Assembly (NCBI GenBank): GCA_028715115.1
Contig: JAQUSN010000002.1
Coordinates: 68,944-132,943 of the forward strand
Direction: 5' to 3'
DNA length: 64,000 bases
From: Patescibacteria group bacterium
GTDB lineage: Bacteria; Patescibacteriota; Patescibacteriia; UBA2591; UBA4787
In this document: piece after piece, positions 25,443-34,296 of the stretch
Layout: each line of letters begins with the position of its first letter
Numbering within the stretch: the first letter of the stretch is position 1
Notes under the pieces: generated by a model
What the model saw: only the letters and a program-made list of their open reading frames with translations
Told to the model about the DNA's origin: nothing
The model's database searches: none
Translations under genes and position numbers: made by a program

Positions 25443-26200
25443 ATAAAAAATCGGCTAAAACAAATTTTTTATTAATCGGTCTAATTGGTTTGACCCTAAT
25501 TTTTATTGTTGGCAGTTATTTTGAATTTAAAAGCTTAATCAGAGGACCATTTGAAAAAAACAAGACAAAACAAGCGAGCGTAGACGTTGAAAATTTATTG
25601 ATTCAAGCGCAAACTACCGACACGGATAGTGACGGTTTAACCGATTTTCAAGAACAATATGTTTATAAAACCTCGGCTTATTTAGCCGATTCTGATAGCG
25701 ACGGATATTTTGATGCTGATGAAATTTTGGCCACAAGTAATCCTTTAGATCCGCAATCAACACCTTTAAACAAACAAAGTTCGAAGACAAATCTAGAGCA
25801 AACGTTTCAAAATTTACAACAAAATCAAGAATTAAATCAGCCAGACATGTCACCACAAGAAATCCGAGATTTGCTAATAAATAAAGGGGGTTTAAGCCAA
25901 GACGTTGTGGATAAACTGGATGACAAAACGTTAATTCAGCTTTATAATGAGACTAAGGCGGAAACTGGTATAAATCCAAAATCCGCCGAGCAAAATCAAC
26001 AAGATCAATCCCAACAATCGACGACTTCATTGGCCGGCGCTAGTTTATCTGCTGACCAAATTACCGCTTTACAAGCTTTAACTCCCCAGGAGATTAGGCA
26101 ATTATTAATTTCCGGAGGCATGAACGCCGATGAATTAAATAAAATCGACGATCAAGCTCTTCAAATAATTTTTTTACAAACACTAAGCGAGCAGAAATAG
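25439..26200 (+). CDS. membrane-anchored protein with TSP3-like Ca-binding repeats
   Basis: N-terminal TM; DTDSDGLTD..E and DSDSDGY.D.DE..NPL; duplicated PQEIRxLLI..G...DD..L module. Confidence 0.75.
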   Translation: MNKKSAKTNFLLIGLIGLTLIFIVGSYFEFKSLIRGPFEKNKTKQASVDVENLLIQAQTTDTDSDGLTDFQEQYVYKTSAYLADSDSDGYFDADEILATSNPLDPQSTPLNKQSSKTNLEQTFQNLQQNQELNQPDMSPQEIRDLLINKGGLSQDVVDKLDDKTLIQLYNETKAETGINPKSAEQNQQDQSQQSTTSLAGASLSADQITALQALTPQEIRQLLISGGMNADELNKIDDQALQIIFLQTLSEQK

Positions 26201-26277
26201 AAATATCATTAGAGGCTGGTAATTAGAAATTAATTGATTTGTATATTTGTCCTAGATTTGTAAATTCGTAGTAGATT

Positions 26278-29200
26278 ATGCAACTTAAAAAGAATTTTCA
26301 ATTTAAAATAATTACCGGAGCAGTTTTACTGACCATATTTTGTTCAATATTCACTCCGGTTTTGTTTTATCCTCAAGTTGCCAAGGCTCAATGGGTGGTG
26401 ACAAATCCGCATGATTTTGTGAAAGACATTTTAGAAAAAATCGGCGAAGCGTTAAAAACTGCCGGCTATGTTGCTTATCGAAATTCTTTGAATTTAGTTT
26501 TAGGTCAGATGGCGCAACAAAGCGCTGAGTACTTAGCTACTGGTACTCCGGGGCAGAAGCCGATGTTTTTAAGCAGCTCTAAGTATTGGCTTGATCTTGG
26601 CGATAGCGTATTAGGAGATTTCATCGATACTACGGCCAAGTCGGGCGGTTTCCTTAATCAGAGCTTGTGTGACCCGATTGACCCGACCATTCGTTTTCAA
26701 ATGCTAGTTTCTCTTGATCCAAAATATCAAAAAATGACCTGGAATTCTGAAGCCCGCTGTTCTTTGTCACAAATAGCCGAACGAGCCAGAGAAATGGGAA
26801 AACAAAAATTAATTGATTTTGATGTTAATCTTACCGAAGGCCCGGTCGGCGGTTATAAATCAGATTTAGGGACTATAATTTTAGGCGATGGTCAGTTATC
26901 GCCCACTCAAAAAAAATTACTCTATGGCACCGTTGATAATAAAGGCAATTTTACTTATAAAGGAGTTATTGGCAATTTAATCGACATTCAAGATGAATTC
27001 AGCGCGTTTATTAAAGCAGAAGTTAATAACCAAGTTACCCCGGGCGCAGATATAATTAAAATGACCATAGAGCGGCTTAGTTCCAAGCTAGACGCTGATA
27101 TTTTACATGAGAGTGGGCCAACGGGAGCAAAATGGTGGCACAATTATGCCGTAACTTGTTTAGGCTATGATAAAAAAGAAAATTATTGCAGCGATGTTAA
27201 TTGCGTAACCTATTTTTGTGACACCACTCAGAGCGGTTGTTCTAATAATTTTGAACAGTGTACGCTCCGAACCCAAAGAGTTAATGATTACGCAAAAAAA
27301 ATCATTGACTGGGCTATGAGTTTAAAACAGATGATGAACGAGATTAATCCTGATGATTTTCAGCCTCCCGCTGCAGCCAGTCTTGAGGATTTAAGCAAAA
27401 TGTTTAATCCGGAAGGCAGTTCCGTTGGAGTCGCTTTGAGTTTAAACAGTAGTTTATTTGATAAACAGACTACCGCAGTAGAAAATTCTAAATTTTGGCA
27501 ATTGCTTCAAGGAAGAATTAACGACGTGACTAGCGCTATCTCCGGTTTAACAAAAACTCCATCAACCTTGGTCAGTGAAACTGCTCGCCAGTCGGTCGTC
27601 GAAGGAACGGCCAGTATTAAAACTGTGACTGGCGTAGCGCTAGCTGACGCGGTTGGCGTTTTTACTAACACCTTGATCAATAAAATGATCAAGAACGTAA
27701 TTTACGGCACCGGTCTTAATCCAGAGCTTAACCCAGATCTTAGTAATAATTTGACTGGCGGTGGTTTTTCTGCGCCAGGGCAGAAAGAAGCCAGGGCGAT
27801 GTTCTCAGATTTATCGACCGTTGTTTTAAAAAGGGGAGACAAATTAGATATTTTATCTGAGTTAAGCGCTTGTCCGACAGATAGTAAATATGCCTTGCCG
27901 AATAATTGCACCATTGATTCCGGATTGGTTCGCGCCGCCGAAGCATCAATGACGATTAAGGATGCCATTGATCAGGGATTTTTGCATGGCGATTGGGTAG
28001 TTGGCGGATATAACGTTAAAGATACGAATCGAGATTATGCAACTCGCTATAGCTTGAATAACATCAAAAAAATGCGTCGCAACAGAATCATGCCAGTAGG
28101 TTTAGAAATTGCCGCGCAGAAAATTAATCGAGGCGAATTAGAAGACGCGAAAATAACTCTGTCGCGAATAGTTAATGAATTTAACAAGGTTAATGATAGC
28201 GGAAATTGTGACGGCGGCACTGCTTCGCCGTTTTGTCATCTAGTTGATCCCAATTGGGTCGTTAAGGCTCCGGAAATGAAATGTAAAACAGTTGCTTATT
28301 CAGCTATACCAATGGCCAACAGTAACCAGCGCCAAGAGATTTGTATTGATATGCAAGATTGCATCCACGAAAACGATCGGGGAGAATGTGATACCTATGC
28401 TTACTGTACAAAAGAAAAAAACATTTGGCGGATGGGTGGAGATATTTGTGAATCCCAAAATGCCACCTGCCAAACTTATACCCGCGTTAGAGATGGCCAA
28501 CAATTTTCTTATTTAAATAATACCTTAGACTTTAGCGGTTGCGATCAAAATAATGCTGGTTGCAAATGGTATTGCGATCGTTTTACTAAAGGCCTAGCGG
28601 CCAACGGTGAAAATACTTGGGCTTGTAAAGAGCCGGGAATTTCTTTGAGAAAAGTCGGTACACAGTGGACCGATGATAGCGATCCGTCAAATCATCTTTT
28701 CTTTAATAACAAGGTTTCGCTCTGCAGCTCTACGGCTGAAGGTTGTTCTCAGTTTATTCGTTTAAGTAATAATTCGGGTGTAAATATTTTAGCTAATGGC
28801 AGCTTTGAAATTTATCCAAGCACACAAACTTTTCCTGCCACCACCGTTGACGGCTGGATGGCTAAAACAAATAGCGGCACCTTACATAGTCAATTTATAA
28901 ACGATGGTGGTTTAGCTCGAACCGGAAATATTGTAGCCGGTATTGATTCGGCTCGCGACGATTGGGGCGGAGTGAAACTAGCGGTCGGATCAAACTTAGC
29001 AAGCTTTTTAGTCGACAATAATTCATATTTGATTTCGATTTGGGTCAACAACAAAGACCTTAACCGATCGCACAACATTCATCTTTTTGTTAGCACTAAC
29101 AGCGGTTGGAAGAGTTTATATAATAAAATCATTCCTAGAAATTCTGGTTGGCAAAGATTGATTTATCCTTTTGTTTATCGCGTTGGCGATGGTTATAATT

Positions 29201-32200
29201 TTAATAATTTAAGCTGGGAGGTTGCAAACGACACTGGCGCTCAGGGCCTTGTTTATTTTGACGATCTTCAATTGGAACCAGGCACGAGCGTTTCTTCTTA
29301 TAAAGATTATGGCGCTGTAAATCAAAGTTATTTTAAAAAAGCGCCAGACTTCATGAAGTGTTATAATCGTTATAGCGACGGCACCCTTAATACTTCTGAC
29401 GACGATTTGAATTGTTCAAATTATGTTTTGGCTTGCAAAAAAAATGAAGCTGGCTGTGAAATGTATCGGCCGATTAATGGAGATCCGTCTTTACCAGCCG
29501 TGGCTCGTGACGCTGATCGTTGTCCGGCAGAATGTTCTGGTTATCAAATTTTTAAGGAATCGGCGACTAACTTCTCAAGCGGCGTCTTAGCGGTTAATTT
29601 AATTCCTTCAACTGCCCGAACTTGTGTGGCCAATGAAACAGGCTGTGAAGAGTTTACCAATTTAGATCAGTTTTCGCAGGGCGGCGAGGGTAAGGAATAT
29701 TACAATTCAATTCGACCCTGTCGCAAGCCAGATGATGGTTGTTCATATTTTTACACTTGGGTTGGATCTGACACCAGTGGTTATCAATTAAAGCGTTATT
29801 ATTTGCAGAAGAGAGGTGTTATTAAACAAGGAGAAGCAGGTTTAGGCCCGGATGAATTTTTATCAGACTTTGATGCATTAAAATTATGGGGTGAGTGCAA
29901 TAGTGAAGATGATATTTTTTCTAATCCACGCTGCAAACAATTCTTTGATAATAGTGGCAACAGTTATTTGCGACTTTATGAAAATACAATTTCTTGCTCC
30001 AACGATTGCCATCCACTCCGAAAAACAACAGCTGTAACGCAAGAATTTTGTCAGACCACTACGCAGTCGGGAGTGACCATTCCTGGCATGAGTTATAGCA
30101 ACGGCATTTGTACTTATATGGCCATTCCTTCCGAGGGTACGACTTGCAATAGAGTTAATGTTGGTTGTCGTGAATATAAGGGCAACGCTGCGGAAAATAT
30201 TCGGCAAATTTTCTTAGAAGATTTTGAAAGCGGTGTTGGCGATTGGAAGGTGGCGCCGCAAAACGCTCTTATTCGCTCCAGCACAGACTCTATTTATGCC
30301 GGCGGTCATTCGGCGCAGGTTATAAATTCGAATAAAGTTGCAACAACTATTTCAAAAGACGTATCTAATGAGATTACTGTGGGCAAAGAATATCAATTGT
30401 CTTTATGGGTTAAGGGCATCACCGGCGATATTTCTTTTGGCATTACTGGTAATCAGGTTTCGTCTCCGATAAATGTGGGAGATGTAAATGATTGGCGATT
30501 GATAACCTTCAGCCCTTATTATATTTCTACATTGCCAACAGGAACTATTGAAATAGCAATTCAGGCAACACCCAACTTAAGATCTGATGTGGCACCCGTT
30601 ACTTACAGTTTTGTCATTGATAATATTTTACTTAAAGAAGCGCAGAGCAGTCTTTATTTGATAAAAGATTCTTGGACTACGCCGCAAGTTTGCGACAAAA
30701 ACGAACAGGGTCAAAATATGCCAGGGTTTATGATCGGTTGCGCGGCCTATAAAGATACCGAGAACGCCGATAATTATTTTAAAACATTTAGTTATTTGTG
30801 TTCGGAAAAATCAGTCGGCTGCGAGGCCATGATCGAAACCCATAATTCTTCAAATCCTTTTGCCCAGAGCTTTAATGATGATAAGTATACGGTTCCGGCC
30901 GACAGTATTGAATATTTAATTAATGATGGCAAAAAAACTTGCGCGGCCGCAGACAAGGGGTGTGAACGTTTTGGTTTGCCAAGTTTGTCGGCATCTAATC
31001 AGGGCGGACAAATTACTTATAAAGTTACTGGCTGGACTGATAAATATTTAAAAAACGACCCAGATCTTTACACACAAAAACCGATTTTATGTTCTGATAA
31101 TGGTATGGCTTGCGAAGAATTTATGGCTAAAGGATCTAATACGTCGGTTTATTTTAAAGATCCGGGCGATAAGGCTTGTGAATACAAGGCTAAAATTTCC
31201 GAAACAGATGAATATGGCTGGTATAAACAGGGTACCAATGAACCGTGTTATTCAGATTCGCCGGTTAATGGATTCTATAAAATAAAAAAGACAACCGACA
31301 ACAACTATCTGGGCTTTGCCGGACTTTGTCCGAGCAGTCAATCTAGTTGTACGAAATTTACCGATCCCCTAGATAACAAATCTTATTATTATTTAAATAA
31401 CAGCAAATTAGATAAATCTTCTTGCCAAGGTGTTAGCCAAAAAGAAGGGTGTATTTTAATTAACGATACCAATCAATCAGCTAAGACTTATAGCAGCAAG
31501 GCTACTTATAATAAAAGCAAAGATAAGCAATATGCGGCCGTTGGACCGATTAATTGCGAAGTTCAAGCTGATTGTTCTAATCCCGAAAACTTAGAAACAG
31601 ATTTTTGTAAATATTGTAAAATTTGCGTTAACGGCACCAATACGGGCGGTTCTTGTTTAAATGATGGTGGTTGTCCGGGTGGATTTTGTCAGCAAATACT
31701 TAATAATGATTCTAACACAATCGTAAAGGTTCAGCGCGATAGGACTTGTGGCGAATGGTTAAGCTGTGCTGGTGGGCAGATGGTTTGGGATAAGTCGGCT
31801 AATGAATATAAAAATCAATGTACCAGTCTAATTCGTTGTCAGGGTTTGGTCGGTTCGGGCGATGAGGAGCGCTGTAGTAATTTTATTCTTGATACGCCGC
31901 AACAATTAACAGAATCTCTTTATAAGAGTCGAAATGTTTCTTGGGCTGATATGGATTATTCGGGTTATTCTTTGTACGAATTTTATCCAGTTGATACTTT
32001 AACTCCTTATAATTATGGTACGTCGGATCAACCTGACTATAAGTTAACCTATAAGGACAACATTCAAGATCATGGTGTTAATAATTTAACCTGTTCATCA
32101 ACGCAATCATGTCCGACAGGAATGGATTGTCAGACCGGACATTGTGTCATTCCTAAAACTTGCCAGGCCTATCCAGAACAAGATTCGCCATTTATTTCAG

Positions 32201-34293
32201 CCAATCAGATCGGTGATTATTATTCAAAAGTTAATTTCTGTGAAGATGCCAACGGAGATGGTTGCCAATGTTTTTATCAAAAAGCAGAATATGGTAATAA
32301 GTTAGCTACTAAATATTTTAATCTAGATACCGACTTAACCGCTAAAAAGGTCTGTACTCAGGGTGATCCTGGTATGTTGGGGAAATTATGCGATAATCTT
32401 GATAAATGTGGGCCAGACCCGGAAGATGGACAGCCAGATGTGCGCCGTTGTGAAGAACCATCTAATATTATTAAAAATTACGGTCAAAGAGACTTTTGCT
32501 TGGAGCCTGATTTAACTAAATTAGACAAGGTTAATGCATGTTTAACCTGGTGGCCGGCTAATGGCAGTATTGGTGATTCGGACATTAATAATATGTTCCA
32601 AAGCGCGGGTTATTTCCCGAGTACAAGCCGACAATGGTATTGTGTGGGGAATACGACTACACCGTCTTCTTTAAGTGGCGTTGGTTTTTTCCCAGATCAA
32701 CAAGACGCCGTAAATACTTGCGGGCATGGTTATATTAACAGAAATCCATATTATTATTCACGAAACCCGGATCAATACAAAGGATTTAAGCTAACTTCAG
32801 GAAGCTATACATGGACGTGGCCCGTTACAAATAATCAAAGTTTTGGCAGTCAAGCTTTCACCTATTGGCACACCGGCATACAAAATATTACTTTAGGAAT
32901 GATAAGCGGTGTTTCAGCAACTGTTTGCGGTGATTTTGGTGGTACAAATACTAAATGCGGCGCTTGCGGCGATATTGGTGGTGGTTCTGGGGGAGTCAAA
33001 CCTCTTACTTGGGATAGCGTAAGTAATTGTTTCGTTTATCAACAAGCTGCTAGACCTCAAGACAGTACTCCATCGGGAGCTACGCCAGAAGAGTTTATTT
33101 TTAAGGTTTGTTTTAATGGTAGTTCGGTTGATTCTAGATTAATTAAGGCAGAATTAAATTTGAATAATGCTGGTAATACTTTTGGCGATGCCCTTTGGGG
33201 ATTGATTGAAGATGTAGGGTTTGATTTTAAAAGCGGATGTTCAACCATTGCCAGAATAGCAAGTAATGGCGATACCAAAGCCTATACCAATAAGATAAAT
33301 AGCATGGATGAAAATAAAAATTATACCGGACAAGGGGTAGACAATAAAACAGACGTTAATCAATGTAAGCCTTGGGGCGCAGTAAACTATAATTCGGATA
33401 AAACTAATTTTATTAATACTAATACTGCCGGCACTTGCTGGATGCAACAGGTAGCAAGTGATTCGATTTATTCTAACCGCGATGTTCTAGAGAATAATTT
33501 ATTTGCTAAAAGTTTCGAGATATATACTTATGACAGAAATACTTTTAGCTATGTATCTTCTTCGGGAGATGATCGGACGGATATTAATTCTAATTCTACT
33601 AAGGCGCCGAAAGTTGCCGCGGTTTGTTTTAATCAGCAAAATGGCTCTTCGTCAATTTGTCGCGATGGCAACAACAACCCCATTGCCGGTTTAACAATTG
33701 GTAATACTTATAATCTGAATATTGTTCGAGAACAAGCTTATTATGCGGCGATAAAATTTTATGCTTGGGCTGACGCAAATCAAATGCCAGTTCGCGAAAT
33801 AGCTATAGATTGGACCGGTGGGAGTAGGCCCTCTATCTTTGACAACAACAGCATTATTGCTAAAAATCATAAAGATGCTTGTCCAACAAAATGTATGCGA
33901 GATGGTTTTTGTAGGGACAAAAATAATAATAAAGTTAGTTGTGATAGTATTGATGCGATAGTTTGCAATAATATTAATGATTGTCCTGCTGGTGGTGTGG
34001 GGCAAGGGCCTGCGACTTGCGAAATAACTAATTTTGGAGATTCATATGATGCTTGCGCGACTCAATTTTGGCAGTTTAATCATCTTTATATTTGTACCAA
34101 AGATAGTGATTATTATGATCCGCAACGAGGGGCCTGCATTTTTAAGCCCAGGGTTTTCGTAAGAGACAATTGGGGTTGGTGTAGTGGTGGAGTTTATGTC
34201 GGGAACACTCCTTGTACTAGTACTCCTGGAATATCTTTTGCCAAAGAAATAATAATTTATCCACCTAGCACTAGCGGTCAGCAACAAGAGTAA
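26278..34293 (+). CDS. giant Cys-rich secreted/surface protein with two CBM4/9-like domains
   Basis: Signal peptide ending AKA-Q; repeated C-x4-5-GC-xx-[FY] modules; NILANGSFE...YFDDLQLE and EDFESG...IDNILL. Confidence 0.85.
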   Translation: MQLKKNFQFKIITGAVLLTIFCSIFTPVLFYPQVAKAQWVVTNPHDFVKDILEKIGEALKTAGYVAYRNSLNLVLGQMAQQSAEYLATGTPGQKPMFLSSSKYWLDLGDSVLGDFIDTTAKSGGFLNQSLCDPIDPTIRFQMLVSLDPKYQKMTWNSEARCSLSQIAERAREMGKQKLIDFDVNLTEGPVGGYKSDLGTIILGDGQLSPTQKKLLYGTVDNKGNFTYKGVIGNLIDIQDEFSAFIKAEVNNQVTPGADIIKMTIERLSSKLDADILHESGPTGAKWWHNYAVTCLGYDKKENYCSDVNCVTYFCDTTQSGCSNNFEQCTLRTQRVNDYAKKIIDWAMSLKQMMNEINPDDFQPPAAASLEDLSKMFNPEGSSVGVALSLNSSLFDKQTTAVENSKFWQLLQGRINDVTSAISGLTKTPSTLVSETARQSVVEGTASIKTVTGVALADAVGVFTNTLINKMIKNVIYGTGLNPELNPDLSNNLTGGGFSAPGQKEARAMFSDLSTVVLKRGDKLDILSELSACPTDSKYALPNNCTIDSGLVRAAEASMTIKDAIDQGFLHGDWVVGGYNVKDTNRDYATRYSLNNIKKMRRNRIMPVGLEIAAQKINRGELEDAKITLSRIVNEFNKVNDSGNCDGGTASPFCHLVDPNWVVKAPEMKCKTVAYSAIPMANSNQRQEICIDMQDCIHENDRGECDTYAYCTKEKNIWRMGGDICESQNATCQTYTRVRDGQQFSYLNNTLDFSGCDQNNAGCKWYCDRFTKGLAANGENTWACKEPGISLRKVGTQWTDDSDPSNHLFFNNKVSLCSSTAEGCSQFIRLSNNSGVNILANGSFEIYPSTQTFPATTVDGWMAKTNSGTLHSQFINDGGLARTGNIVAGIDSARDDWGGVKLAVGSNLASFLVDNNSYLISIWVNNKDLNRSHNIHLFVSTNSGWKSLYNKIIPRNSGWQRLIYPFVYRVGDGYNFNNLSWEVANDTGAQGLVYFDDLQLEPGTSVSSYKDYGAVNQSYFKKAPDFMKCYNRYSDGTLNTSDDDLNCSNYVLACKKNEAGCEMYRPINGDPSLPAVARDADRCPAECSGYQIFKESATNFSSGVLAVNLIPSTARTCVANETGCEEFTNLDQFSQGGEGKEYYNSIRPCRKPDDGCSYFYTWVGSDTSGYQLKRYYLQKRGVIKQGEAGLGPDEFLSDFDALKLWGECNSEDDIFSNPRCKQFFDNSGNSYLRLYENTISCSNDCHPLRKTTAVTQEFCQTTTQSGVTIPGMSYSNGICTYMAIPSEGTTCNRVNVGCREYKGNAAENIRQIFLEDFESGVGDWKVAPQNALIRSSTDSIYAGGHSAQVINSNKVATTISKDVSNEITVGKEYQLSLWVKGITGDISFGITGNQVSSPINVGDVNDWRLITFSPYYISTLPTGTIEIAIQATPNLRSDVAPVTYSFVIDNILLKEAQSSLYLIKDSWTTPQVCDKNEQGQNMPGFMIGCAAYKDTENADNYFKTFSYLCSEKSVGCEAMIETHNSSNPFAQSFNDDKYTVPADSIEYLINDGKKTCAAADKGCERFGLPSLSASNQGGQITYKVTGWTDKYLKNDPDLYTQKPILCSDNGMACEEFMAKGSNTSVYFKDPGDKACEYKAKISETDEYGWYKQGTNEPCYSDSPVNGFYKIKKTTDNNYLGFAGLCPSSQSSCTKFTDPLDNKSYYYLNNSKLDKSSCQGVSQKEGCILINDTNQSAKTYSSKATYNKSKDKQYAAVGPINCEVQADCSNPENLETDFCKYCKICVNGTNTGGSCLNDGGCPGGFCQQILNNDSNTIVKVQRDRTCGEWLSCAGGQMVWDKSANEYKNQCTSLIRCQGLVGSGDEERCSNFILDTPQQLTESLYKSRNVSWADMDYSGYSLYEFYPVDTLTPYNYGTSDQPDYKLTYKDNIQDHGVNNLTCSSTQSCPTGMDCQTGHCVIPKTCQAYPEQDSPFISANQIGDYYSKVNFCEDANGDGCQCFYQKAEYGNKLATKYFNLDTDLTAKKVCTQGDPGMLGKLCDNLDKCGPDPEDGQPDVRRCEEPSNIIKNYGQRDFCLEPDLTKLDKVNACLTWWPANGSIGDSDINNMFQSAGYFPSTSRQWYCVGNTTTPSSLSGVGFFPDQQDAVNTCGHGYINRNPYYYSRNPDQYKGFKLTSGSYTWTWPVTNNQSFGSQAFTYWHTGIQNITLGMISGVSATVCGDFGGTNTKCGACGDIGGGSGGVKPLTWDSVSNCFVYQQAARPQDSTPSGATPEEFIFKVCFNGSSVDSRLIKAELNLNNAGNTFGDALWGLIEDVGFDFKSGCSTIARIASNGDTKAYTNKINSMDENKNYTGQGVDNKTDVNQCKPWGAVNYNSDKTNFINTNTAGTCWMQQVASDSIYSNRDVLENNLFAKSFEIYTYDRNTFSYVSSSGDDRTDINSNSTKAPKVAAVCFNQQNGSSSICRDGNNNPIAGLTIGNTYNLNIVREQAYYAAIKFYAWADANQMPVREIAIDWTGGSRPSIFDNNSIIAKNHKDACPTKCMRDGFCRDKNNNKVSCDSIDAIVCNNINDCPAGGVGQGPATCEITNFGDSYDACATQFWQFNHLYICTKDSDYYDPQRGACIFKPRVFVRDNWGWCSGGVYVGNTPCTSTPGISFAKEIIIYPPSTSGQQQE

Positions 34294-34296
34294 ATT

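Noticed and set aside
25906-25914. Perfect DnaA box TGTGGATAA
   Set aside because: It lies inside a coding sequence (V-V-D-K) and is isolated; likely chance
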